A DNA stretch of 64,000 nt from Planctomycetota bacterium (GTDB lineage: Bacteria > Planctomycetota > Brocadiia > JAADGH01): positions 32,001 to 96,000 of the forward strand of contig JBFMAD010000002.1 of assembly GCA_040755855.1 (NCBI GenBank), in the 5' to 3' direction. This document shows positions 35,111 through 44,511 of the stretch, piece by piece. A program made the position numbers and the translations under genes. Position 1 is the stretch's first letter, and the number at the start of each line of letters is the position of its first letter. The notes below the pieces were generated by a model, which was given only the letters and a program-made list of their open reading frames with translations, ran no database searches and was not told the origin of the DNA.

Positions 35111-36245
35111 GCCTCGCCTCCTTGACGGCGGCCACGACTGCGGCCTGGTCCTCCTTCGTCAGGTCGTTGTAGAACGGCAGGCGCACGAGGCGATAACTCA
35201 CGTCCTCCGCCACGGGGCAGTCTCCCGGCGTGCCCCCGAACTGCCGGCCCATGTCCGAGAGATGGAGGGGGAGGAAGTGGAAGGCGCAGCCGATGCCCTG
35301 TCCTTTGAGATGAGCGATCAGGGCCTCCTGCGCATCGGGCGAGGGGAGGAGGATGTAGAAAAGGTGATAGGGCTGCTCGCAGTAAGGCGGGACGACGGGA
35401 AGTTGGACGCCTTTGTCCTCGGCCCAGTCCTTCAGATTTTTGTAATAGGTATCCCACACGCGCCTGCGCTTCGCCTGGATCTCTTCTCGGCCTTCGAGTT
35501 GGGCATAGAGGAACGCCGCGAGGATGTCGGAGAGAAGGTAGCTGGATCCGATGTCCACCCAGGTGTATTTGTCCACCTCGCCGCGGAAGAAACTGCTGCG
35601 GTTGGTGCCTTTCTCGCGGATGATCTCGGCGCGATGGACGTAACGCAGGTCGTTGATCAGCAGCGCCCCGCCCTCGCCGCAGGTGAAGTTCTTCGTTTCG
35701 TGAAAGCTCTGCGCGGCGAGTTGGCCGAACGTCCCCAGGTACTTGCCCTTATACTTGCCGAACAGACCGTGTGCGCTGTCCTCGACGACGGGGATGCCGC
35801 GCCGGTTCGCAATGCCCAGGATCGCATCCATCTCGCTCGCCACGCCGGCGTAGTGGACGGGGACGATAGCCTTTGTGCGCGGGGTGATGAGCGCCTCTAA
35901 CTTCGACTCGTCGAGGTTCAGCGTGTCGGGCCGGATGTCGCTGAAGACCGGACGCGCCCCGCGGAGAACGAAGGCGGTTGCCGTCGTCACGAAGGTGAAC
36001 GACGGGACGATCACCTCGTCGCCGGGCTGGATGTCCAAGAGGAGCGCGGCCATCTCGAGGGCGTGGGTGCAGGAGGTGGTGAGGAGCACCTTCGGCACGC
36101 CCAGCTCGCGCTCGAAGAGTTCGGTGCACTTTTTCGTAAAGAGTCCGTCACCCGAGATGTTGCCCGTGGCGATGGACTGGGCGATATATTCCTGCTCGTT
36201 CCCCACAAAGCACGCTCGGTTGAAGGGAATCTTATGCTTCGCCAT
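35103..36245 (-). CDS. rffA: dTDP-4-amino-4,6-dideoxygalactose transaminase (DegT family)
   Basis: TTSCTHALEMAA, VHYAGV, SFHETKN (PLP Lys), EKGTNRS.FFRG.VDKYTW. Confidence 0.9.
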   Translation of the reverse strand: MAKHKIPFNRACFVGNEQEYIAQSIATGNISGDGLFTKKCTELFERELGVPKVLLTTSCTHALEMAALLLDIQPGDEVIVPSFTFVTTATAFVLRGARPVFSDIRPDTLNLDESKLEALITPRTKAIVPVHYAGVASEMDAILGIANRRGIPVVEDSAHGLFGKYKGKYLGTFGQLAAQSFHETKNFTCGEGGALLINDLRYVHRAEIIREKGTNRSSFFRGEVDKYTWVDIGSSYLLSDILAAFLYAQLEGREEIQAKRRRVWDTYYKNLKDWAEDKGVQLPVVPPYCEQPYHLFYILLPSPDAQEALIAHLKGQGIGCAFHFLPLHLSDMGRQFGGTPGDCPVAEDVSYRLVRLPFYNDLTKEDQAAVVAAVKEARLA

Positions 36246-37006
36246 TATCCCCGCCACCACTTTCCCAGGTCCACGCCGAGTCTCTTCGCCAGGCGCTCGT
36301 TCGGCCCGGCGAAGTAATTGACGAGATATCCCCTCAACTGCGGGGAGAGGGTCGAGTCGCCCTTTTCGCCCTCGTTGATCACCTTTCCGAGCGAGGGAGG
36401 CACGAAATCCTCGGCGACGCCGAGGAAGGAATATATGTCAGATATGTCGGACCTGTCTGTCACAAGCCCCTCAAAGATGATGGCCTTCATGCGGTCCGGC
36501 GGTATGTGCCTTTCATACATCTCGATGTATTCGATGTAGCGCCCCCGCTGCAGATAGGCAAAGGGCGACACGGATGTGCGCTCGTGGTCGTACTGCTCCC
36601 GGCGCTCATCCTCCTTCTCAAACGCCTCGGCCATGGGGAGCGTCTCGAGGCCGTTCTGGACGCTGAACCAGTAGTTAGAGACGGCCCGCTCGATGGGGTC
36701 GCGCAGGAGGAAGATGATCTTCGCATCGGGGAAGGCTGCGGCGATTCGCTCCGCCGCTTTCTCCGATTCCATGTAGCTCGTGCTCTTCTCGCCGCGCACC
36801 CGGGCCCCGGGCTTGCCTTTGAAAAAATGGGCCTTGTAGAAGCCCACCCCGCGCTCGAACAGTTCGTCCATGAGGAAGAATTTCGGTTCAGGTCGGACGG
36901 GCAGGGCCATCTCGATCTCGGGATGCTCCGCCAGGAGCTGGTAGAGGTAGGTGGTGCCGGCGCGCTGCGCCCCGACGATGAAGAAGTGCTCAGTCTCCGC
37001 GCTCAA
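36245..37006 (-). CDS. PAPS-dependent sulfotransferase
   Basis: 5'-PSB motif GAQRAGTT, EPKFF, GEKSTSY, LRDPIERAVS (3'-PB). Confidence 0.88.
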   Translation of the reverse strand: MSAETEHFFIVGAQRAGTTYLYQLLAEHPEIEMALPVRPEPKFFLMDELFERGVGFYKAHFFKGKPGARVRGEKSTSYMESEKAAERIAAAFPDAKIIFLLRDPIERAVSNYWFSVQNGLETLPMAEAFEKEDERREQYDHERTSVSPFAYLQRGRYIEYIEMYERHIPPDRMKAIIFEGLVTDRSDISDIYSFLGVAEDFVPPSLGKVINEGEKGDSTLSPQLRGYLVNYFAGPNERLAKRLGVDLGKWWRG

Positions 37007-37949
37007 TGGTCTCCTTCACGTGATACACGTCCGCGGCGCTGGTCTGGTTCAACAGGCGGACGGTGTACTCGCCAAGCATACTCAGGATCAGGATTGTCAC
37101 GGCGTTGAAGAACGACAGGAGAACAATCAGCGACGTCCAGCCCGGCACGCTTCGCTCGACGATCAGCCCCCGGGCGAAGTAAAAAAGCGCGAGGAGGAAA
37201 CTGATCGCCGCAACGATGAACGCCATCGTGCTCACCACGCGGAGCGGGACCGCCGAGTAGTTGAACAGTATCCGCATCACCAGCTCGGTGATCTTGAAGA
37301 CGTTGTAATTGCTCTTCCCCACCTCGCGATCTCGATGATCCACCATGACGTTCGCCCGGTTCGCCGAGAACATGAGCGCCAGGCCCGTGATGTAGGGGTA
37401 ACTCGTGCGATACGAGCAGATGCGGTCCACCACATCGCGACGGATCAGCCGAAAACTGGACATGTTCAGGTCCTTCGGCTGGTGAAAGATTCTCCGATTG
37501 ACCGCCCCGATGACGATGCTCCCCCACCGCCGATAGAGGGCGTGCTTCTTCTGCTGGAACTTGCCGACGACCAGGTCGCAGCCCTCCTTCGCCTTCTCGA
37601 TGAGGCGGATCATCTCCTCCGGCGGGTTCTGCATGTCGTCGTCGAGGGTGATCACGTAGTCGCCCGCGCTCTTGCGCAGCCCGCACAGCACCGCCGTGTG
37701 CTGGCCGTAGTTGTGCAGCAGATTCATGGCGATAAGGCGCGGATTGCCCCGGGCCTTGTCGCGGACGACCTCCCAACTCCCGTCGCGGCTGCCGTCGTTG
37801 ACCAGGATGATCTCGTAGTCGAAACCGTGCTTCTCGAAGAAGGCGCACGCCCGGTCAATCGTCGTCCCGACAATCCCCTCGCTGTTGTAAACGGGTATGA
37901 CAACGCTGTACTTGGTTCGTTTCACTTGCTCGATCATCCCATTGATCAT
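36990..37949 (-). CDS. GT2 polyprenyl-phosphate glycosyltransferase (GtrB/ArnC-like)
   Basis: SVVIPVYN, VNDGSRD, NYGQH.A, DDDMQNPPE; two C-terminal TM helices; start uncertain. Confidence 0.9.
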   Translation of the reverse strand: MINGMIEQVKRTKYSVVIPVYNSEGIVGTTIDRACAFFEKHGFDYEIILVNDGSRDGSWEVVRDKARGNPRLIAMNLLHNYGQHTAVLCGLRKSAGDYVITLDDDMQNPPEEMIRLIEKAKEGCDLVVGKFQQKKHALYRRWGSIVIGAVNRRIFHQPKDLNMSSFRLIRRDVVDRICSYRTSYPYITGLALMFSANRANVMVDHRDREVGKSNYNVFKITELVMRILFNYSAVPLRVVSTMAFIVAAISFLLALFYFARGLIVERSVPGWTSLIVLLSFFNAVTILILSMLGEYTVRLLNQTSAADVYHVKETIERGD

Positions 37950-37989
37950 CCGATTTAGTGCAGACAGAGTCAAGCCGAAACTGCCACGC

Positions 37990-39192
37990 CTATTCCTTCG
38001 GTTTTGTGAAACGATAGTGCGGGCGGTGGTAGGGGTCCGACTCCGCCTGCTGCCGCGCCCACGCCTCCCGCCCCATGGCGAGGACCTCCTCCATCCAGCT
38101 CCGGTTCTCGGCCGTAAGCGCCAGCCGGCCGACCATCTCCTCGATCACGTCGTTGATCTCCATGCCGGCGCACTTCTTGAGCATCCCGGCAAGGCGGCGT
38201 TTCGCAATGTCCCGCCAGGTGCGACGGACAATCTCCTCGTCCTTCAGCATCGTATCCAGCTCGTCGAGGTAGCGAAGCATTTCCTTGCGTGCATCTCCGT
38301 CGAGAGGCGTCGGCCGCTCCTCGGGCGGCGGGGGAATCTCAAACGGCACTCGCTCGAAGGACCGCACGCCGTCCTTCCCCACCTCCGCCAGCAGCAGGAA
38401 CGAATGCGCCGTGTGAGGGCCGTTGTTCTTCATATACTCCGACGTGTGCGCCTGGAAGACGAAGTTGCCGAGGGAGTAGGCGATCAGACAGCCGTGCATG
38501 AACTCGATCCCCTGCGGCACGTGGGGATGGTGCTGGAGTATGATCTTCGCCCCGGCCTCCGCGATGGCCCGCGAGTTCCTCATGCGCGGGACCGACGGCG
38601 TCGGCATGAACTCCAGGTCGGCATGGATCGAGACGACGAGCACATCCACCTCGCCTTTGTGCTTCCGCACATCCTCGACGACTGCTTCGCGCTCGTAGTA
38701 GGCATAGCTCGGGCTCGTGTGGCCGAGGGTGTAGTTGCTGTCCTCCCCGTAGCAGAGGAAGCCGAAGGCGATGCCGCCGCGCTCGATCACCTTCAGCGCC
38801 CGCGCCTCTGCCTGGGAGTACCCCACGCCGCCGGTGACAAGCCCGGCATCCTCCAGCGTCTTCTTCGTGTAGTCCATGCCGAGGCGGCCGGCGTCGAGGA
38901 CATGGTTTGCGGCCAGATTCATGAAGTCAAACTCGGCCCGCCTGATAGCCGCCGCGATTTCTTCAGCCGGCAGGCGCGAGATCAGACCTGCGGGGTCAAT
39001 CTGATTCTCCGGGAAGTCCGGGGGAATGGCCACCGACTCCATGTTGCCGAAGAGCAGGTCCGCCCGATGCAGATGGGGCAGCATCTTCTCGAAGGGCCAG
39101 CCTGCCCCATGCAGGCTCACTTGCTTATCCGTTTCGCCCCGGAAGGCGATGTCGCCCACCGCGCCGAAGGTAATCATGTCGGATGCGCTCAT
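37990..39192 (-). CDS. CapA/PgsA family metallophosphoesterase
   Basis: AVGDI, GNMES, AANHVLD, SIH, HHPHVPQ, YSLGNF. Confidence 0.88.
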   Translation of the reverse strand: MSASDMITFGAVGDIAFRGETDKQVSLHGAGWPFEKMLPHLHRADLLFGNMESVAIPPDFPENQIDPAGLISRLPAEEIAAAIRRAEFDFMNLAANHVLDAGRLGMDYTKKTLEDAGLVTGGVGYSQAEARALKVIERGGIAFGFLCYGEDSNYTLGHTSPSYAYYEREAVVEDVRKHKGEVDVLVVSIHADLEFMPTPSVPRMRNSRAIAEAGAKIILQHHPHVPQGIEFMHGCLIAYSLGNFVFQAHTSEYMKNNGPHTAHSFLLLAEVGKDGVRSFERVPFEIPPPPEERPTPLDGDARKEMLRYLDELDTMLKDEEIVRRTWRDIAKRRLAGMLKKCAGMEINDVIEEMVGRLALTAENRSWMEEVLAMGREAWARQQAESDPYHRPHYRFTKPKE

Positions 39193-39199
39193 GGACGTG

Positions 39200-39745
39200 T
39201 CACTTCTTCGGCTCGCGATCAAAGAAGGGATTCTTTCCGGTCCCGCTCAGGGGGATGCCGAAGCATACCTTGATGTCATCGCCGAGCAGCCTCAGGTCCA
39301 TCACCGCCTGCCCAACGGTGTACATGACCCGGTTGTCCACCCGATGGTCCATCGCTACGGAGCAGGCGGACCCGACTGCGATGCCCAGGTCACCGGAGTT
39401 GAAAATACACGGGTGGTTTGGGTGCTTTTCCCTTTCCCCGCAGTTGGGGAACCCGCACATGCCGCACTTCTTCAGGCCCATTGACTTGATCTTTGTGCCG
39501 AGCAGGATCATCACCGGGGCGCGCAGGATGTTCTCCGCGTCGCGGGCGAAGAAGGCCATGTCATACTCCTTGGCAATTTCCTTCATGCGGTTGGAGATCT
39601 TCCTGATCTCGTCGCCCTCCGCCAGCGCCAGCACCAGATTGTCCTCGCCCCGCCCCTTCGGCGCCGTGCGGGCGGCGAGGAGCATCTCTGTCGCCACCTC
39701 TCGCAACGCCTCCGCGTTCAATTCTTCTTCTCGCACAATTCCCAT
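39200..39745 (-). CDS. DUF2148 family ferredoxin-domain protein
   Basis: AARTAPKGRG, CGMCGF..C, DLGIAVGSA, VDNRVMY, KNPFFDR. Confidence 0.85.
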   Translation of the reverse strand: MGIVREEELNAEALREVATEMLLAARTAPKGRGEDNLVLALAEGDEIRKISNRMKEIAKEYDMAFFARDAENILRAPVMILLGTKIKSMGLKKCGMCGFPNCGEREKHPNHPCIFNSGDLGIAVGSACSVAMDHRVDNRVMYTVGQAVMDLRLLGDDIKVCFGIPLSGTGKNPFFDREPKK

Positions 39746-39769
39746 CGCATTCCTCCTTTCGCAATTGCG

Positions 39770-40834
39770 TCAAAGATCCCACGGCCGGTCGGGCAGGTTG
39801 AACTGCTCGGCCAGCCATTGATACGCCAGTCGGATGGACTCCTCCGTCGGCTGATGGCCCGTGCCATGGTCGAAGCAGCCGACGGCGTCCTTCTTATTAT
39901 ACAGTTCGTACACCTGCTGCGCCGCCTGGATGTACTGCCAGCTCGCCGGCCGGTCCGCCTGCCCCGCGATCACAAGAAAGGACCGCGGCGCGTGCAGCGC
40001 CAGCAGGTGATGATGCGCCAATGGGAAGTCGGGTTTGTGAATCTGTTCGCCCAGATACCACGGCGCATCCCAGTTGGTGAAGTTCCACCCTATACCAAAG
40101 TCCGACCCGATGATCGCCGTGCCCCGTTCGTCGAGGCAGCCGGTGTAGAACGCCATCTTGCCGCCGAGGGAATGACCGATGATAAGAATGCGGTCTCGGT
40201 CAATGTCCGGTTGCTCCAGGAGCAGGTCCACCGCGCGGCTCGTGTCCCAGATCAGCCGGCCCATCCCCGTCCAGTTGGGATTATCCGCAAGCAACTTCTT
40301 TGCCGCCGCCTTCCACCAGGCGAAGCCCTCCTCGGTTCCGGGGTCGGGCACGGTGTTGTAGGGGAACGCCTCCGTGCAGACGACGACGTACCCCTGCTGC
40401 ACGAGGTGGCGGCCGAACTGCACAAGGGGACGCTCAGTTTGCGGCTCGCCCTTCTCCGCATCGTACCCACACATGAGGTAGGGGTGGTAGAAGGGGATGA
40501 CCGCACCCGGACGCGGCGAACGGGGCGTCTTGCGCGGGACCATAAGCACGAGAAGCTGGCGGATGTCCGGGGCGACCGGCTGGCGGAAGATTGTACCGAT
40601 GTAATCCGGCTGCTCGAAGGCGCCGATGATCTCGGCGGTCCGGTCGAAGTCGCCGAAAGACGGCTTGCCGAGGACCTTGTCCCACTGCACGCGGAGGTCA
40701 TTGCGAACCTTCTCCCAGATATCCATCGTCGGCTCGACGCCCTTGGGGAAGATCGGCCTCAGCTTCTGGTCCTCTCCGAGGTCGCCATAGGCCGGGACAC
40801 TCAACTTCCGTGAGATAATTCGTTCTCGCGGCAT
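39770..40834 (-). CDS. Alpha/beta hydrolase (dienelactone hydrolase / acetylesterase-like)
   Basis: GHSLGG nucleophile elbow, G.AD, GH. Confidence 0.8.
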   Translation of the reverse strand: MPRERIISRKLSVPAYGDLGEDQKLRPIFPKGVEPTMDIWEKVRNDLRVQWDKVLGKPSFGDFDRTAEIIGAFEQPDYIGTIFRQPVAPDIRQLLVLMVPRKTPRSPRPGAVIPFYHPYLMCGYDAEKGEPQTERPLVQFGRHLVQQGYVVVCTEAFPYNTVPDPGTEEGFAWWKAAAKKLLADNPNWTGMGRLIWDTSRAVDLLLEQPDIDRDRILIIGHSLGGKMAFYTGCLDERGTAIIGSDFGIGWNFTNWDAPWYLGEQIHKPDFPLAHHHLLALHAPRSFLVIAGQADRPASWQYIQAAQQVYELYNKKDAVGCFDHGTGHQPTEESIRLAYQWLAEQFNLPDRPWDL

Positions 40835-40846
40835 GGATTTCCTTCT

Positions 40847-41629
40847 CTATAGTTCGAGTATCATACCGTCGTCGGCGATGAAGACCTTGTCGCCGAGAAT
40901 GGACTCGGCCTTTCGCAGCTCTCGTTCGGGATCGTCGAGGATCGCGCGGCCGTGGTGGATAAAGCCCAGCCGGGCCACATCCTTTTTTGCATCCTTCAGA
41001 TATCCGCACACGTCCTCTACCTTGTGGTGTCCGGTCTCCATGAGGAACAGATCGCAGCCGTCGAGGAGCGGGTCCAGCTCGCGGACATCCTTCACATCCC
41101 CCGAATAGACGATGCTCTTCCCCTCCGCCTCTATGCGGAAGGAAAACGATTGCCACGCGCCGTCCGCCTCGCCAAGATGTTCATTGTGCATTGCAATGAC
41201 CTTCAGGCCGTCCGCGTCGTAGATCGCCCCATCGGCGTAGTCCGTGGCGTCAATGGTGAAGTTGATCTTAAATGCCCCCTCCGTTTCCTGGAGTATGTCG
41301 AGCACCCCAGCCCACGCTGTCAGGTTCGGGATCAAGATCTTGACCGTCTTGCCTGAGATGCGCCTTGCGGGGTCTTTTGTCAGACCGTTCACCTTCCGAA
41401 TCGTCCAGAGGAGGTTCGGCAGGCCGCCGATGTGGTCCATGTGCGTGTGGGTGATGAAGATGGCCCGCGTAGCGAGGAGGTCAATGCGCATCAGGTGGGC
41501 CGTGTAGGAGCAGCACTCCCCCGCGTCGAACCAATAGACCCCGCTCGGCCGTTCGATGGTGAATGACACGTGGTGCCGGCCCGGCATGGGTTCCGTACCG
41601 CTGCATGTGCCGAGGCAGGTCAACTTCAT
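40847..41629 (-). CDS. MBL-fold metallohydrolase (RNase Z-like)
   Basis: LGTCSG, FDAGE, THTHMDH, YSGD; ATGA overlap with the upstream gene. Confidence 0.85.
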   Translation of the reverse strand: MKLTCLGTCSGTEPMPGRHHVSFTIERPSGVYWFDAGECCSYTAHLMRIDLLATRAIFITHTHMDHIGGLPNLLWTIRKVNGLTKDPARRISGKTVKILIPNLTAWAGVLDILQETEGAFKINFTIDATDYADGAIYDADGLKVIAMHNEHLGEADGAWQSFSFRIEAEGKSIVYSGDVKDVRELDPLLDGCDLFLMETGHHKVEDVCGYLKDAKKDVARLGFIHHGRAILDDPERELRKAESILGDKVFIADDGMILEL

Positions 41630-42162
41630 CGCCTGGGGCCTCCTTGGGCCAGGATTTGCTGGATTGCGGTGTAGAGCACCGCCGCCGCGCAGTTGGCGAC
41701 GTTGAGGGAATTCTTCCGCCCGAAGACAGGGAGTTTCGCGATCACGTCGCACTCCTTCAGCGCGTCCTTCTCGACGCCGAGCGCCTCGTTGCCGAGGACA
41801 AAGGCGACGGGGAACTGGAGGGCTACATCCCATATATTCTCCGCCCCCTCTACCGTCTCGATGCCCACCATCTGATAGCCCTCCTGCTTCAGCGAGCGCA
41901 CCGCCTCGATGCTCGTCTCGAAATGCTCGAAGGCGACGACCTTGTCCGTTCCGAGGGCGGTCTTTGCCAGCTTCGGGTGGGGCGGGGTGGCGGTGTAGCC
42001 GCAGGTTACGATGCGCTCGACGCCGCACACATCGGCCAGCCGGAACAGGTTCCCCACGTTGAACGCGCTGCGCAGGTTGTCGAGGACGAGGACAATGGGA
42101 TGCTTCGTCACCGGGCCGTCGGTGTCGCCGATCTGCACTCGGATGTCGTTGCTATTATTCAT
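41626..42162 (-). CDS. SpoU/TrmH family RNA methyltransferase
   Basis: LDNLRSAFNVG..FR, LGNEALG, KNSLNVA. Confidence 0.9.
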   Translation of the reverse strand: MNNSNDIRVQIGDTDGPVTKHPIVLVLDNLRSAFNVGNLFRLADVCGVERIVTCGYTATPPHPKLAKTALGTDKVVAFEHFETSIEAVRSLKQEGYQMVGIETVEGAENIWDVALQFPVAFVLGNEALGVEKDALKECDVIAKLPVFGRKNSLNVANCAAAVLYTAIQQILAQGGPRR

Positions 42163-42204
42163 GATGAGAACGCTATTGCGCAACATGATCCCAACGCGGG
42201 CGAC

Positions 42205-42383
42205 GCCCACAACCCAAGGCTAAAATTCACATTGGACACATTTTTTCCCGCGAGAAGCAACATCATCCTGCCGATAGGGATCATATCGTTTTGTAGAATC
42301 CCTTTCTACGTATACCACCCTTCCTGAAGACAGGAAGGGTGGTATTATGTGTCCAATGTGAATTTTACCCTTGGGTTGTAGGC
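42205..42383. mobile_element. MITE-like element with 37-bp terminal inverted repeats
   Basis: 42205-42241 and 42347-42383 match at 35/37 as inverted repeats; AT-rich interior with a perfect 15-bp hairpin (42312-42345). Confidence 0.6.
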
Positions 42384-42393
42384 AAGGTCCGTA

Positions 42394-44313
42394 TCACGCA
42401 TTCCGGAAGTCAATCACCGTCTCGCGGTAGGCCTCGGGCAGGCCGATGTCGAACCGCCGCCCCTGCACGACGTAGCCCGTGAAGCCATGCTCCTTCCGCA
42501 ACCGGTCGAGGCAGGAGGTGAGCTGGAACTCGCCGCGCTCGCGGATGTTGTGCGTGATATGATCCTCGAGATAGTCAAACACATCCGCCGTCAGGACGTA
42601 CTGCCCGAAGATGGTCAGGAACTCGCCGGGGTTCATCCCCTCGACGCGCAGATGGTTCCGGGCGTACTCCAGGTCCGGCTTCTCCGCGAACTCGCTGATG
42701 GACAGAACCGACCCCGGCTCGTCCCACGTTCCCGTCATGCATCCGAAGTTGTGAATCTCCTCCTCCGGCGTGATCTTCATGCCGACCACGCTTTGGCCGA
42801 CGCGGTCATAGACCTCGACCAACTGTCGCGCGCACGATGTCTCCGTATTCGACGCATACAGGTGGTCGCCGAGCAGGAGCAGGAACGGCTCGTCGCCCAC
42901 CCACTCCTTGGCGCAATAGACGGCGTGGCCGAAGCCTTCCTGCCTGTCCTGGGTGATGAAGGTAATGCGCGCCCCCAGGTCCTCCAAGTGCTGGCAGTAG
43001 CGTTGGTCTTCCTGAGACAATTTGTTGAAGACCTCGATAGGCGGCGTGCGAAAGAACTCCTCGAAGAGATGCTTGTCGCCGCTCTGGACGATGATGCAGA
43101 TTTCCTCGACGCCGGCGCTGAGGGCCTCCTCGGCGATGGCCATGATGACCGGCTTCGCCCGCCCCGCGCGATCAACGATGGGAAAGAGTTCCTTCTTGAT
43201 CGCCTTGCTCGCGGGAAAGAGGCGCGTGCCGTAGCCCGCCGCCGGGACGACCGCCTTGCGCACCCGCTTGCCTGATTGGATGACCATCTTCAGGCACGGC
43301 ATGCCGAGGTCGCGCTCGATGATCTCGACAACCTTGCGCTGGGCATCTTCATCCTTCACGATGAACTGCGCCGTGCCGTCGCCTTGCGAGCCGACGCCCT
43401 TGCCGCCGAGGATGTGGGTCTGGATCGCCGGATGGTTGAGGACCTTGTGGAGGACGGGGGCCGTCAACTGCGACGGGCACGCCGGCTGGAGGTGTTCGTC
43501 GAACTTGGTTTGGGCCTCCCGCATCAACGCCCCCACCGTCTCCGCGTCGCCGCTTTGCAGCGCGGCCACGGCCTCGTGGGCAATTCGTTTGTTGATCGGG
43601 CCGAGGTACTCCTGCACCTTGCGCTGCATGTCGCCCTCGGCGAAGGGGTAGCAGTGGTTCAGCTTGCTTAGAATTTCCTTTGTGTCTTTGCCCGCGCACA
43701 GGTCCACAATCACGAAGTAAAGGTTCTTCGGCACGTTCAGCTCTTTGACGTCAATCCGCTCGCCGTCGAAGGTCATCATGATCGGCCGGTTGCCGAAGGC
43801 GCAGCCCTGGTCCATGCGGCCGCAGCGCGATGGCGTCGTGATCTCGCCGAGATAGGCGTACTCCATCTCGCCCCGGATCGTCATCTTCAGGTCGTAGATT
43901 CGGTTAAAGGCCCGCGCCACGAGTACGCAAATGGCGGCGCTCGACGAGAGGCCCTTCTTCACCGGCAGATCGGTGAGGTAGTTGTCAATCTCCAGCCCCC
44001 GGACGCGGTAATGGGTGAAGACCTGATAGGCCACGCCGGCGGCGTAGCTGAAAAAGCCGCCCTTCTCGGCCTCGGCGAGCAGGGCCTCGCTGTCCATCGG
44101 CAGCTCGAATGGCCCCATGCGCGCGCCGTCGCTCAACGCCGACCGGAGGATGAGCTTCGTCGGGTGCGGCTTCACCTCGGCATGGATGCCCTGGTTTGTG
44201 CCGGTGATGATGGTGAAGCCCTTTTCGAGCTTCGCGTTGATGCGGCGGTATCCGCCCGCCCAGTCGCTGTGCTCGCCGAAGAGGCAGATGCGGCCAGGAA
44301 CGAATATCTTCAT
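42394..44313 (-). CDS. Bifunctional GHMP sugar kinase / GalU-like nucleotidyltransferase
   Basis: PGRICLFGEHSD and LPVKKGLSSSAA (GHMP); KAVVPAAGYGTRLFP..K...KE, LLLGD, EKP (NTP transferase). Confidence 0.88.
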   Translation of the reverse strand: MKIFVPGRICLFGEHSDWAGGYRRINAKLEKGFTIITGTNQGIHAEVKPHPTKLILRSALSDGARMGPFELPMDSEALLAEAEKGGFFSYAAGVAYQVFTHYRVRGLEIDNYLTDLPVKKGLSSSAAICVLVARAFNRIYDLKMTIRGEMEYAYLGEITTPSRCGRMDQGCAFGNRPIMMTFDGERIDVKELNVPKNLYFVIVDLCAGKDTKEILSKLNHCYPFAEGDMQRKVQEYLGPINKRIAHEAVAALQSGDAETVGALMREAQTKFDEHLQPACPSQLTAPVLHKVLNHPAIQTHILGGKGVGSQGDGTAQFIVKDEDAQRKVVEIIERDLGMPCLKMVIQSGKRVRKAVVPAAGYGTRLFPASKAIKKELFPIVDRAGRAKPVIMAIAEEALSAGVEEICIIVQSGDKHLFEEFFRTPPIEVFNKLSQEDQRYCQHLEDLGARITFITQDRQEGFGHAVYCAKEWVGDEPFLLLLGDHLYASNTETSCARQLVEVYDRVGQSVVGMKITPEEEIHNFGCMTGTWDEPGSVLSISEFAEKPDLEYARNHLRVEGMNPGEFLTIFGQYVLTADVFDYLEDHITHNIRERGEFQLTSCLDRLRKEHGFTGYVVQGRRFDIGLPEAYRETVIDFRNA

Positions 44314-44345
44314 TGTTGAGATTCCTCCCGTCCGTGCGCAGACTA

Positions 44346-44504
44346 AGGGGTCAGGTCTTCAGGGCGTGTTGCCCAGAGACGATCTTCACGGCTTGACAGG
44401 CAAGCCGTGCCACCCCGCGTGCACCAGTGAGGTCGAAAGGTGGCACGGGTTGCTCGCAACCCGTGATCTCGATTTCGGCAACACGCCCTGAAGACCTGAC
44501 CCCT
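44346..44504. repeat. Nested palindromic element (REPIN/MITE-like)
   Basis: Perfect 28-bp terminal inverted repeat enclosing two inverted GGTGGCACGG...CCGTG hairpins. Confidence 0.8.
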
Positions 44505-44511
44505 ATTATTC

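Noticed and set aside
37990..39192. Poly-gamma-glutamate capsule locus
   Set aside because: Only a CapA-family domain; no capB/capC nearby
41630..42028. Apparent N-terminal extension or fusion of the MBL hydrolase
   Set aside because: Alternative frame of the TrmH gene; the ATGA overlap defines the start at 41629
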